Assembly (NCBI RefSeq): GCF_009914755.1
Contig: NC_060932.1
Direction: 5' to 3' (one strand)
Source of the DNA: the human T2T-CHM13v2.0 reference genome, Homo sapiens
DNA: 64,000 bases
A model generated the notes under the pieces. That model did no database searches. It was given only the letters and a program-made list of their open reading frames with translations, and was not told the DNA's origin. This document shows, piece by piece, positions 1 to 13,575 of this stretch. The translations under genes were made by a program, and so were the position numbers. Position 1 is the stretch's first letter, and every line of letters begins with the position of its first letter.

Positions 1-1489
1 AGGGCTTCTGCCTTCTTGGACAGCAAGCCAGGGTTACTATGAGTCGATGTTCCTTTGGTCCCTTCTGTGTCCTTGACCTGTATTCTGCAGCTGGAGCCTC
101 CTGGTAGCTCCCAGCTGAAGTTCACCTGGAGAGTTACTGCCATCGTGTTGGCCTAATTTGGGTCAAAAGTAATCAAAAGAACCCTGGCTCTTGTTCCAAG
201 AAGTGTTTTTGATGCAGAGCTTCAATGCAAGTTTTGTTTTTCAGTATGTAAGGTGTGACGAACCTACCCCAGAAGGAGGGAGTCATTCCACTAGTTGGTT
301 CGGGGTGCGCAGTTGTTTAATTATCAGTTTGGCAGGCCCCAGTTTTTCTTCAGTTCACAAATAGAATTCTCATTTGGAATATATCCAATGTTCATTTGGT
401 TTCTTTCAGTTGCAGCAAATCTTACTATGATTTGAGGTTTTTAAATACTATGTTTTTCAGGAAGTCTTTTCGGTGGCATTTTCTGATAATGCCAGCCTGA
501 TAATCCAAAAAAAAGTCTGTTAAAAAGCAGATTTGCCTGTAATCATTACCTTTTTTCTGAGTTTGTAATCAGACCTTGTCTTGAATCTGTAAATCCTGTG
601 GAGTCTCAGGTGATTTTCCTGACTTTCCCTGCATGCATGGAGGCAGGTAGCAGATGGATGGGCCTTTATGCCCCGTCATGTGTGGGTGCCCTGGCAGAAC
701 CCTGCTGCTGCCCTCCGTCTTCCCCACAGCAAGCCTGTGGCCATTACAACTTGTGCTTCTCTGTGCATGTACAGCACAGCATCTGTAGCAAAAGGAGTCT
801 GCAAGTATTTTGGAGAGTAAGACCTGCATGGCTTGTTTCCTTCTGCCAGAGAACCTAGAACAGGCAAAGACATACATGTGTTTTTCCTTTGGAGGCATCA
901 AGCTCCTTCCTGGACATTGAACTTTATAACAATCTGTGGGTGAATCCGCCCTATTCCTGGACTTGCAGAGAGGGTCTCCCTGGCCACCTTCCACATTCAC
1001 GTGGTCCAAGTGGCATGAGAAAGGATGGAAGCCTCCTCACACCTGTCCCCATTTACCTTTCCCTATCGGCAAACATCATTATTGTGTTCTTCCAGAGACT
1101 TAAATAAATGTTTTTGAAGATATGTTGCCTGCCCTTTATAGACACATGGCAGCAAGTTCCACAACTGCTCAGGAGACCCATGCACATCTTAGCATGCCTC
1201 GGGTCTTTCCGAGCAACATGGGAAGGTTTCTTTTTTAACCCCCATGGTGTGCAGCCTTGCATTGCATGGCAGTACCCTCATCTGTTTAGCTGTCCTCTCT
1301 AGGTGGACTTTCAGATTGTTTCCCATCTTTTGCATGTGAAAATGCACATTTTCCAAGTTCTGTTCCTTTTCCTGCATTAAAGCTTCTTGACCTTTTTCCT
1401 AGAATTTTTTGTTTACTCCTGTTTTAAGAGTTTTAAATTTTATTTAATTGAAACATGAAATAAATGTACTTTTCTATGCCTCTGGGCTG

Positions 1490-2620
1490 TTATTTATGCT
1501 GTTAATTCATTCATGCAGAGGCAAGGGTGGATGACCTATTTTATTAACCTCTATTCTAAAGACTTCTTCCAGGCAAGTAAAGATAAAGAGATTATAAAAA
1601 TAGGTGAAAGGTCAGGACAGGAAGTGCAGATTGGATTGTGAGAAAAAAGAAAAGCAAAATGCATTTAATTTCTTGTGTGTGCTGCATAAATGCTATGGGA
1701 TAAGAAAAAATATGTATGTTTACACATACATGCACAAGCACACACACACACACACACACAAACACACAGAGTTCCTGATACAGTGGGAAAGGTAAAATGT
1801 ACCTATTAAAAAAAAGACATGAAGCCAAAGCAAGGTAAAGATAAAACCAGGTGGTATAGGTCAGAGGACAGCAAGTAAGTTGCAGATGAGAGTGATGAGA
1901 CGTCTTTTTGGAGCTGACCGTTCCCTGCTTGGGTGTGTCTGCCTGAGAGAGCAGCTGAACAGAGGCTGAAGGTGGGGTCAGAAGGTGAGGCGTCCCAGGG
2001 ACTGAGGGTGTGGTGTGGCATTGGATGACGGGGTTTGGAGTATGACTTTGGGGTCCAGGGGACACTGTTAGCCTTAAGTGCTGGGATGAGGAGCTTGGAT
2101 AGCTGTGATTAGATTGTGGGGGCTGTGGTTCCTGAAGAGGAGAGCATGGAGCACAGTGTTAGGGACTTTCTTGGGAGATATGTGTAGGATAGGGCAAGGC
2201 TGTGCACAGACAGAAAGAACAGGAAAGAGAAGGGAGGTCAGTGCAGGAGACCAGTGTTTCTAATGATTCTGCTCTAGGTACGAAGTGTGTTTCAGAGTGG
2301 CGAGGAAGGGCAAGTTGTTAAGATTGGTTGTTGAATTAGTTTCTGTTTGATGTTAAAGAGAACATAGAGTAAATGATAATCCCTCGAAAGTGGAGATCTT
2401 GGCAGGCTGGCGCCTGGTGGTATAGTAGAAATCTGAGAAAGGGGGAGGATATTAAGTCAGTTTTATCAGGTAAAGTTGAATGAAATAATCAAGTTTAAGT
2501 GCGTCTTGGGTATTTGCAAAGATGTATAGATTAAGGCTAAAAGGGTTGGAGAAATAGATTTGGGAGTTACCTATGATTTTTTTTGGTTATTCTGCTCTCA
2601 GGATTGAAAACTAAAGAATC
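1490..2620. mobile_element. Degraded L2-like fragments
   Basis: ttaattcattcat end motif and purine-rich L2-like text; boundaries approximate. Confidence 0.4.
1738..1768. repeat. (CA)n microsatellite
   Basis: cacacacacacacacacacaaacacaca. Confidence 0.9.
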
Positions 2621-2692
2621 TCAGAACTGCATTTCTAATTAGTGCCATAAAATTCTTTATTGATGCCAAGTTTTTGTTTTTTCCTTGTAAAT

Positions 2693-3297
2693 TGTGGTAG
2701 GTAGAATTCTAAATGACCTCCAGTAGACCCACTACCAGTATATATTGCATAATCCATGGGACTGTGTGACTAGGGTGGCTTATACTCCTGTGATTATGTT
2801 TAATATATGGCACAGTTGACTTCGAGAAGGGAATTTATTGTCAGTGGGCTTGACCCATTTGCCAGAGCCCTTTAAACCTGTATTTAGAGGTCAGAAGCTG
2901 AGGAGGTAAGAGATTCGAAGCAGGAGAGGGGTTTATGTGCTGTTGCTGGCTTGGAGATGGAGAGGACTACCTGGCAAGGAATGCAGCAGTATCCAGGAGC
3001 CCAGAGCAAACCCCAGTTGATAGCCAACAAGGAAACAGGGACCTCAGTCCTATCACTGCAGGAGCTGAATTCTGCTAGTACAAAGAATGAGCTTGGAATT
3101 GGATTTTTCTCCAGAGCTCCCAGAGGAGAACTAAGCTCCACCACCACCTTGATTTCATCTTTGTGACACTCTGAGCAGGGGACCCAGTTAAAACATGGCC
3201 AGACTTCTGACTTCTGGAGCTGGGAGCTAATAAATGAGTGTTGCTTTAAGCCACTAAGTTTGCGGTAATTTGTTACACAGCAATAGGAAACTAACAA
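2693..3297 (+). mobile_element. MaLR solo LTR (MLT1 family)
   Basis: Starts tgtggtag...aattctaa; ends ctttaagccactaagtttgcggtaatttgttacacagcaataggaaactaaca, typical MLT1 termini. Confidence 0.85.
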
Positions 3298-3699
3298 AGT
3301 TTTTGAACAACAGTTGAAAGTTACAGGTAGTATAGACCATTATATAAACTCACAAATTTAAGACAGTGGGAATATGGGACTAGAAAGAAGTTAAATGGTT
3401 GGTAAGAAATTCTACCACTTAGCCCACATTGCCACCCTTCCCATGGCCAGCCCACTCCACTCCTTTCATAGCACTTAGTGGAGTGTGTCCATAACCCGCC
3501 CAAGTCTTGCTCAGTGTTGTAGCAGCAGCATTGTAGCAGATACTTGGTTTTCAGCCTGAATGTATTCAGTGAACGAACGTAGGAAGGAATTGTGAAATGC
3601 TAGTTGGAGAAAATAAGCAGCTGGAGGAAAGAAGGCAAGCTGGAGATTATAGGAACAGTGATTCAAAGCCAAATTAGAAATTGTAGGACGATGCTTGTT

Positions 3700-4062
3700 A
3701 TCCTAGTCCACTGGGACTGCTGTACCAAAGTACCACAGATCGAGTGGCGTATAAACAATGGAAATGCATTTCTCACAGTTCTGGAGGCTGGGAAGTCCAA
3801 GGTCAGGGTGTCAGCAGATTTGGTGTCTGGTGAGGGCAGCTTCCTGGTTCATAGGTAGCCATCTTTTTGGTGTAACCTCACATGGTGGAAGGGACAAGGC
3901 AGCTCTCTGGGACCTTTTTAATAAGGGCACTAATCCCATTCCTGAGAGTTCCACCCCCTTAACCTGATTACCTCCCAAAAGTCCCACCTTCTCATACCAC
4001 CACATTGGTGATTAGTTTCAATGTACAAGTTTTGGGGAGGACACAACATTCAGTCCATAGCA
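3700..4062 (-). mobile_element. MaLR solo LTR (MST/MLT1A-like)
   Basis: ttctcacagttctggaggctgggaagtccaag...acattcagtccatagca. Confidence 0.85.
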
Positions 4063-4105
4063 TATGTCAGTGGTTGTTAACAGAGTCAGAAGGAGTTGAG
4101 AAGTC

Positions 4106-4128
4106 AAAAAAAAAAAAAAAAAAAAAAA
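4106..4128. repeat. Poly(A) tract
   Basis: About 23 consecutive A. Confidence 0.9.
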
Positions 4129-4755
4129 AGGATTTTGCTAGGGAGATCCCACTGCTGAGTGCAGATGGCTTTCTGTGAAATACTGAAAACTAAGATAATT
4201 TCAGTAATTAGAATTAAAAAGCAGATCCTTGGATCCTGGTGTCATCTTGCCAGCCATCTTGGTAAACATGCTGTGGTCTTGATGAGACAAGAAAATTGCC
4301 ATGTATGGGCATGTTTTTCATGCTTGCCTTCAATGCGCATGTCTTTTCTGCGCAGAAGTGGTTAACATATGACTAACCTATGGAAAAGAAGATCATGTGT
4401 GATCTTTTATGAAAAATGATCAATAGTCTCCTTGTTAATATCACTAATAACTTTATACAGCCTATTGAGTGTAAAACATACATGCAATATTCAGTTTCCT
4501 GTTTAGTGATGGAAAAGGTCTGTTCTGTGAATGTTTATTAGCATCAAAGAATTCTGGGCACGATTTTTAAAAACTGAAAAGGGAAATAAATAGGTGAGAT
4601 ACGAAGTCCCCATATGGTTGAAATGTCTAGAGATGAAAGGGCTGGAAACAGCTTCTGTCAGAGGTTTGTTAGAACTTATGAAAGTTGTAGTAAACTGCTG
4701 TGATGCCAGATAAATGACTGGTAATGTGTCTCTGTGTCCAGTATGTGTTTCATAG

Positions 4756-4908
4756 GCACGTGAGAACGAACAAACTTTAGAAGGTAGCCATTTATTACAT
4801 AGAAACTAGAAGCTTATTGGGGAGTGGGTTTGTATATGAAGAGGACATTGCAGGATATCATAAAATGAAGAGAAATGTGACTAAGATTCTCACATTGTGC
4901 AGGAACAG
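4756..4908 (+). other. Candidate cryptic/alternative exon (153 nt, stop codon in the host frame)
   Basis: tgtttcatag acceptor and consensus donor CAG|GTGAGT at 4909; no expression data. Confidence 0.25.
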
Positions 4909-5807
4909 GTGAGTGAGAGTGTTCTTCCCCTCTGTCCCTTTCAGTTGGTATCATTATCAGGTATTTTTTCAGAAAAGGTTTCTGCAAGGAGTAAGAGAGG
5001 CAGCTTCTAACAACAAAGGTTACACAGACATGATTTACCTTTTGTGGACTAGCTTTACCCCAAATTGCATTGTTAAAGTTTTGAATTTATAATTAATGAC
5101 AGCGTGGACTACTTAGTATTTTAACTGTATTTGAGACCACAAGTAGTTTCTTCAATATTTTCTCAAGCCCTTGAGACACTTAATTCTCCCTCTTGACTTC
5201 CTCTTCATCTTAGAAACTGCAATTTCCTTTGTAGGAACAACTTCCTGCTGGGTACTGCCCTCTTTGGCCACTTCTGTCTTGGGTGCCTATGTTTTTATCT
5301 AAAGCCATAAGTGCATTGCAACACTAGCCATTTCATCATCATGTGAATTGAGAAAGTCTAGCAGGAAGTCACAAGTTGATTGTCCCCAATACAAGCCCAA
5401 ATGTTTCTTGGTTGCTGTGTCATAATAGGCAGTTGGTGTTCTGAATGGCAGTTATGAAGAGGATACTTTGTAGAAAGGACTTCTTTTCTAGAGATATATT
5501 TAAGAGCCTGATCATTGGAGAACAAAATGCATGCGGAAAGGAAATATTTTAACCACAGTCTAAAAAAGATCTTATGGTCCAGTGCTGTTTTCCCTTATAG
5601 TCCTATTAAATTCATTAATTTCCAATGGTGACTTTCTTGGTTTGTCTGGATTTTTTTTTGTTTTTTAAGGGTTCCCTACCCCCCATTTTAAGGGAGAGTC
5701 TTTTCCTTTAACACAATGTAAAGAAATCTCTTTTTTTTTTTTCATCTTCCATTTTCTTTATTTTCTGCACTGTAAGTCTCTTCTGTTAGTTTCATCTTTC
5801 TTTTCAG

Positions 5808-5861
5808 GACCTGGCTTCATGATTGTCTCCGAAAAAGATGGTCTTGTAGGCACAACGATAG
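5808..5861 (+). other. Candidate poison cassette exon (54 nt)
   Basis: About 80-nt pyrimidine-rich tract ending ctttcttttcag; donor TAG|gtcagc; the phase-0 frame reads GAC CTG GCT TCA TGA. Confidence 0.35.
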
Positions 5862-6139
5862 GTCAGCAGTAATTAACCTATGAAGTGAGTGGTGATTACA
5901 AATGTGGTCGTGGACTCTGGAGTGTCTTTTCCTGTGTGTAACATCTTATGGAGAAAGAAATCTGTCTCCTTAGAAGGCAGAAGGGACCTCTTTAGTTGCC
6001 TTCTGTATCAACTGCATAGGAGGCGCAATGTTGATTTTCTCTGTGTTGCTATTCATATAGAGCAGTTGTCTCTAGGGCTCCCAACACATAAGAAACAGTA
6101 TATCACACACAAAAATATTTTTCTGCTGTTGTTATTTAG

Positions 6140-6492
<353 letters not shown>

Positions 6493-6569
6493 AACATTTA
6501 TTTATTTTATATTCTCTCGCATAGTAGATTTTTAAAAATCTAGTAACTGGCCACTGAATATGAAAAAAA

Positions 6570-6870
6570 AATTTTAAGTTAAAAAAATAACCTCACCTTT
6601 TTCAACCACAGTTCCCTGTAGCCCCTGCCACATTTCCTGCTCCTGCTTAACAAACCCTGTTGAGATAGTTGTCTAGGTTTGCTGTCTCTAGTGTCTCCTC
6701 TCCCATCCCCCCATGCTAACTGCAGTCCAGCTTCTGCCTCTGACCTCCACTGTGCTGGTCACCAAGGACCTACACAAGGTAGAATCCAAAGGCAGACTGT
6801 CTAGCCTACATGGCTTACAAGCAGCAGTGGGACTGTTGATCACTTGTGCCTCCTTGGATAACACAAGCAG
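6570..6870. mobile_element. L2 fragment
   Basis: tgcagtccagcttctgcctc...ggtcaccaaggacc...ttgatcac, L2-like. Confidence 0.5.
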
Positions 6871-7145
6871 GTTTTTTTTTTTTTTTTTAAGGAAAAAAAA
6901 AAGAAAACCATTAAAGTATAGATGCCACTACATGAAACTGTTGTTTCAATTACTGACACTTCTGTCTTTCCAGGTGAAATGTGTGTTGTGGTCCAAAGAA
7001 GTTTGAAAAAAAATTGAAAACCCTTATGTAGATCACAGGGATTAAGAGCATGGACAACCTGGGCTCAGACAGCCAGGTTGGAGCCCACTGGTCACTAACT
7101 GTGCCTGGAGCAACTTACTTAACCTTTTTGAGTCTCAGCTTCTTA

Positions 7146-7420
7146 GGTGGCTTATAAACAACAGAAATTTCTCAGTTTTAGGGGCTGGAAGTCAGAGCTC
7201 AGGGTGCCAGCATGGTCTGGTTCTGGTGAGGGCCCTTTTCCAGGTTGCAGTCTGCCAACTTCTCATATGCTCACATGGCAGAAAGAACAAGCTAGCTCTT
7301 TGAACTCTGCTTATAAAGCTCCACTCTCATGACCTACTCACCTCCCAAAGGCCTCACCTCCACGTTTTGGATTAGATTTCAACATAGGAATCTTGGGGGG
7401 AGACACATTCAGTGTAATGG
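7146..7420 (-). mobile_element. MaLR LTR fragment (MLT1A/MST-like) nested in a MIR (about 7030-7530)
   Basis: ggtggcttataaacaacagaaattt...ggggggagacacattcag, with MIR halves (gagtctcagcttc | ttctctgtaaaatgggtataata) on both sides. Confidence 0.75.
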
Positions 7421-8120
7421 TTTACTTCTCTGTAAAATGGGTATAATAATTTCTATCTCATAGGGCTGTAGTAAGAATCAAAAGAGGTCATGAAATAAAG
7501 CCTCTGTCACATAGTGCATTGCTTCAAAAAATTAATAGGAAGTAACTGGCTAGATTCCACCAGGTAAGACAGAAATCTTCTGCTTGGAGCTTTCTGTGAT
7601 GTGTTAATCTCCTTTCAGCCTAACCGCTCATATTATTTGTCCCCTGGTTCTGCCGTATTGACTACATGGTGACTCTCCAAACATGGTGGACTATTCAAGT
7701 GTTCATTCCTCCATCTCTGTTCTCCTGCTATTGCTTTGCAGGAGCACCCTTCTCTTCCCAGTCTTGGCCCCAGCCTATGAAACATTTACTCATTTTCAAG
7801 TCACCTCTTCTGGGAAGACTTCCCCATCAACTTCCATGCCTAGAAACTCAAGTCCACCCATGTCCCTGATCTATTACAGCACCTGTGACTCTGATGTTTT
7901 TGATGTATTTGCCTTTCTGATCCTTCTTCTGTACTTTGAGTTTCTGAGGTCAAGAAAAATGTTTTATTTATCGTTTGTCCCCAGCCTAGGACATTGTCAG
8001 GCTCATAGTAAACATGTAATTAGTGTTTGATGGGTGAGTAACGATAGGAAGGCTTATCTTTGCATAGCCGGTGCTAGGCATTAGGGAGACAAGCTACTAT
8101 CCCTGTCCTTAAGAATTTTA

Positions 8121-8404
<284 letters not shown>

Positions 8405-8466
8405 TTATAATGTCTTTCATTTAATCCTCATGATGATTTTGTGGAATAGGTATTATTCTTTTACAA

Positions 8467-8592
8467 CTTTTTAAATTTTTAGATTCATAGGGTACATGTG
8501 CATGTTTGTTACATGGGTATATTGCATACTAATGGTGATTGGGCTTCTAGTGTACCCATTACCCAAATAATGAACATTGTACCTGATAGGTA
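8467..8592 (-). mobile_element. Short L1 3'-end fragment (L1PB/old L1PA-like) inside a MIR
   Basis: gggtacatgtgcatgtttgttacatgggtatattgc; flanked by a tattattcttt direct repeat. Confidence 0.75.
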
Positions 8593-9226
8593 TTTATTAT
8601 TCTTTCTCTGAAGTTGGAGACAGTAAGGCTCAGAGACTTTGCAAAACCAGGTTACACCCCTAACAGAACACTATGCCTGAAATTCTTAGCAGGGGTTAGG
8701 TACTGTGCTAGTCGTGAGGGCAATGAAAAGGAAGAGATGATAAGGCTAGGATTAGGATCTCCAAGAATGTATTTCTTAATTATGAACCTTGTGATCTAAC
8801 TGGAAATTGGAGATACACCTGAAAATATTCAGTACACTACTGTGGAATGTATTCCTGGAATGATAGTATAAAATTATTAAAAATCTTCAGTTCACCAGAG
8901 AAGTAGTATTTCAGATAGGAGTCTCCTATTTCCTAATTGAAAAGCATAAATTTAAAAAAATCACATTTGTTAAAAATTCCATAGACTAATTTCCTAACTT
9001 GCCAATTTTTATTTCAAAAGAATTAGAGACTATCATTGTGTCACTCTTATTTAGGGTATATTAAACATTTCTGATCCAAGCAAAGTTTTACTTATAGTGT
9101 GGAGAAAATTGGGCATATGGTTGGTACACATTAGTACTTTGTGTGGTGTTTGGCAATTTGAGGGAGATGTGCATTCAAAGTACTTGAAATTTCAAGGTTT
9201 AAAATGTGGCAGTAGTTTAGGTGGGA

Positions 9227-9320
9227 TTTTTTTTCTTTTTTTTTTAATTTTTATTTTTGTTATTATACTTTAAGTTCTGGGGTACATGTGCAGAACATGC
9301 AGTTTTGTTACGTAGGTATA
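9227..9320 (-). mobile_element. Short L1PA 3'-end fragment
   Basis: T-rich tail followed by tatactttaagttctggggtacatgtgcagaac. Confidence 0.85.
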
Positions 9321-9939
9321 AAAGTCAGTGCTTTTCATTATGTGGGTGTGAAGTATATGCTCTAGCCATATTGCTTCGGTGATTTTCAGTAGATTAAGTC
9401 ATCCATCGTCTTTGCAAATCAAGGAGGGTGTTAGTGGTAGGCCCAAACTGCTATTATTTAAAACTTCTGTAGAACTCACATTAATATTTGATTGTGTTGA
9501 AATGCAGTTTTCTGGCTTAAAATCAATTTTTTAAAATTCCAAATTAAAAAGATAAATCAAATGTGAATGGTAATGATTTTCAGTTATTAATAAATATACA
9601 AGGGCACAGGCCTAGGAGAAATAAGTTGTGGTAAGTACTTACCCCTGAGGTTTACTTTTTAAAGTGCTACATACAGTCAGCCCTGGTAGGCATGTGTTTC
9701 TGTTTTATTTGTTCTTGTAAAGAAAGTTGAGCTGTTTTTGACCTGTTGGTGTGTGCTGTTTTAGGTTCGTTTGTTTTATTCATTCTAGGTGTGGTGATGG
9801 TTTCTACTGAGACGTCTTTTTTTCTCTTATTCATCTGGAAAATTTAAAAGCTAGGATTAGGGACAGATTTGGAGAAAGTCTATCAAAAGGGATTTTAGAA
9901 GAAAATAAATAGATAAACCTGACATTTCTCTAGAAGTTA

Positions 9940-10110
<171 letters not shown>

Positions 10111-10516
10111 AAATTATTTGCTTTATATCCTGAGTTACTCATTTAAACTTGTAAAATAAAGACTGTATCTATTCAAAAGTAATTAAACTTTATTGCCTAG
10201 AAATATAAATTGTCCCATTTTGGTTATATTTTCAAATTATTTAGGCTAAATTATTTTGTCTTGCATATGTAGTTTTAAGTCTAAATATCCAGTCAGGTGG
10301 ACTTTTGGTTTACTTCATGTCTGTCAGAAGAGAATATCTTCCTGTTTGTCTCCATCCCAGGGCTCTTCATGAATTTAGTTTTAGATGTTTTCTTCATTTT
10401 TAGCTAAGTTTTAATCTTCTAATTTGTTATGGACAGCTTGGCTTTCAGTTATACCTAATTTAATCAAGGAGACAAAGCCTTCTGTTTCAAGAATGTGATT
10501 TTAAAACACACGTTTA

Positions 10517-10813
10517 GGTGGGGCATTGTGTCTCATGCCTGTAATCCCAGCACTTTGAGAGGCCAAGATGGGCAGATCACTTGAAGTTAGGAAGTTTGAG
10601 ACCAGCCTGGCCAACATGGTGAAACCCTGTTTCTACTAAAAATAAAAAATTAGCCAAGTGTGGTGGCGGAGACCTGTAGTCCCAGCTATTCAGGAGGCTG
10701 AGGCAGGAGATCACTTGAACCCGGGCAGTGGAGGTTGCAGTGAGCCGAGATCGCACCACTGCACTCCAGCCTGGGCAACAGAGCAAGACTTGGTCCACCT
10801 CTTCCCCCAAAAA
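10517..10813 (+). mobile_element. Alu (AluS-like)
   Basis: Full dimer with a degraded tail. Confidence 0.93.
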
Positions 10814-10964
10814 ACCCCAGACATTTAATTATAACAGACAAGGCCAGAGAGATGTGTAGCCAAGGTTGATGGACAGTTTTCAAGGGATAAGATTTTCTTA
10901 CTTTGCTTTGTCTAGTTTAAAAGTTTTATTCTTTTGAGGGGCAGTGGGGAATAGATTGAGTTAA

Positions 10965-11282
<318 letters not shown>

Positions 11283-11383
11283 GTTAATAGCTATTAAGAA
11301 AACAAAAATAACAATTGTTTTCTAAAGCACGGCCTTCAAAGAAATAGGTTTAATTGTTCCATGTTCTCAAGCTACTAGAAAAA

Positions 11384-11493
11384 TTTTTTTAAAGAGGCAG
11401 TGTCTGGCTGTGTTGCATAGGCTGGCCTCGAATTCCTGGGCTCAGGGGATCTCCCTGAGTAGCTGAGACTACAGGTGCGCACCACTGTGCCCA
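11384..11493 (-). mobile_element. Alu monomer (FLAM-like)
   Basis: ggctggcctcgaattcctgggctcag...gcgcaccactgtgcccag. Confidence 0.8.
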
Positions 11494-11929
11494 GAAATGT
11501 CTTGTTTTGTTCAGTTTCTTTTAATACAGTTGTCATTAAATCAGTAAGTTGTAGATGTTGAAGAAAGGAATTTGAATACATTTGGGGCTCTTAGAAGCAT
11601 TATTAAGAATCTAGCACAATAGAAAAGCTTTTTAAGTTTGACTTAATTCAAAGTTCTACATTACCTGAATGCTTAAGATTATGTTAATGCTGAGACAGTG
11701 TTCCCAGGAAGTTTGTTATTAATCCCAGGAAATCCATCATTTTACATGACCTTAGGATAGAATTATTTCTAAGAAAAAAATCATTTCAAAATCATCTCTC
11801 ACTGTGCCTTTTTAGGGACTTTGATTGTGTTAGACACACTTTGAGGTCTCTGAGCAACACTGAATCTAGGTAAATTAAACCTTTTTGTTGTAAGAGCCAG
11901 TTACAGGAACTGAGCAGGAATTGAAGAGC

Positions 11930-12301
11930 AAAAAGATTATTTATTTCTGGCTAGCTTTAAACATGGATGAGATCACGTGCCAAGTAATGTGAGCAGCCTT
12001 TTGAAGTTGAGAGCAGCCTCAATTGCTTGCAAGGAAACAGGGACCCCAGTGTGGAAGGAACTGAATCACACCCCAAGCAGGTGTGATTGGAAGAGGATCC
12101 TGAGCTCCAGATGACAAGGGACCCCAGCCAGGACCTTGCTTTTGGCCTTGGGAAGCCCTGTATATAGAACCCGGTCATGTCATGCCCAGCCTTCTGTTTA
12201 CCCAGATAAAGTTTGAACAGAGCTGTGAGCTGATAAATGGGTCGTGTTTTAAGTTGCTAAGTTTGTGGTGATTTGTTGTGAAGCATTAGAAAACCCATAC
12301 A
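11930..12301 (+). mobile_element. MaLR LTR fragment (MLT1)
   Basis: Ends gttttaagttgctaagtttgtggtgatttgttgtgaagcattagaaaacccataca. Confidence 0.75.
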
Positions 12302-12604
12302 GGGCAACATTAACCAGTCTGGAATATCCCAGTGCCAGTGGCAGGATCCCATACATCAATGTCTCTTCAGAACATTTGATGTTGTACTAAGGTCATAGTA
12401 GGTTCCAATAAATAGTAAGTTGAATTTTCAAAATCACTATACTTGTAGTGTAGGTCATCTGAATTTTAGAGTTTTGTAGCATATCAAGGTACATTGAGTG
12501 ATGAGGAAAAACATCTTGAGATTTTCCTTAAAAAAAAAAATTTTTTTTAACCTAGTAAAGAAATTGAGAAACATCATTTTTATTGAAGTGCATTTGTTCT
12601 GGAT

Positions 12605-12826
12605 TGGGGTTGGCAAACTATAGCTTACAGGCCAAATCTGGCCTATCACCTGTCTCCATAAATAAAGTTTTATTGGAGTACAACCACACTCACTAGTTCA
12701 TGTGTTATCTCTGGCTGCCGTCGCATTACAGTGGCAAGGTTGGGTATTTGTGACAGACACTGCATGGCCCACAAAACCTAAAATATTTACCATATAGTCC
12801 TTTATAGAAAAGCTTGCTGACCCCTG
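12605..12826 (+). mobile_element. MER58A-like hAT-Charlie DNA transposon
   Basis: Terminal inverted repeats ggggttggcaaac / gcttgctgacccctg; 8-bp TSD ttctggat. Confidence 0.85.
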
Positions 12827-13045
12827 TTCTGGATGGTGATTTGCTTTCTAGCCACAGCCACATTCATTTAACCCTAAATGGCTTCCATCTCTGGGGACTG
12901 GTATTTCTTTTAAGTCCTTTAAGTTACTATTTTTAATGTATTTAGCTATACCTGATTACCACCAGGGTTGTATAGACTGGTTTTTACATCTCACTGTACT
13001 GAAATGATAGGAAATGTGATAAAATTAATACAATCCGATAAACTT

Positions 13046-13575
13046 TGTGTGTTTGGGGTCCCTAAGATTATCTCCAAGTTCAGTGCTTTGCTAGAAGGAG
13101 TCCTAGGACTTAGAAGTAGGTATACTCATGACTGCAGTTTATTACAGCAAAGGAAGCAAGTGGGAAAGATGTGTTGGGAGCAGTCTAGAGGAGACCAGGC
13201 ACAAGCCTCCAAGTGTCCAGTTCCATGGGAGTTGCACAGGACACACTTAGTTCCTCTAGCAATGAATTATGGCAGTTCATTATGTGCAAATATTGTCACT
13301 TGGTCCTAACAGTTGAGGATTTTTATTCTGATTCAGTTTTGTAGATTCACAGGGCCTGTGTGACTGACCACAGCTACTGAAACTGCAGTCCCTCAGGAGG
13401 AAACAGCAGGTTTCACCATAAAGTATGTTGTTTGCACAGACTGTGTAGACAGAGTGGTCAAGGTTTCAAGCATGCAAACATTTCTATCAGAATATTCCAA
13501 GAACTCAGTTCCCAAGTGGCCGCGTCAAGGGCCAGTCACCTGAACAGGTTGGAGCAACTCAGCCTGCTAATTCAT
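13046..13575. mobile_element. ERV LTR, MER21-like
   Basis: ggggtccctaagattatctccaagttcagtgctttgctagaaggagtcctaggac...tttattacagcaaagg resembles the MER21-family end. Confidence 0.55.

Noticed and set aside
569-2065. 146-aa and 157-aa minus-strand ORFs
   Set aside because: Non-ATG starts, no recognisable domains, and the second runs through a CA repeat.
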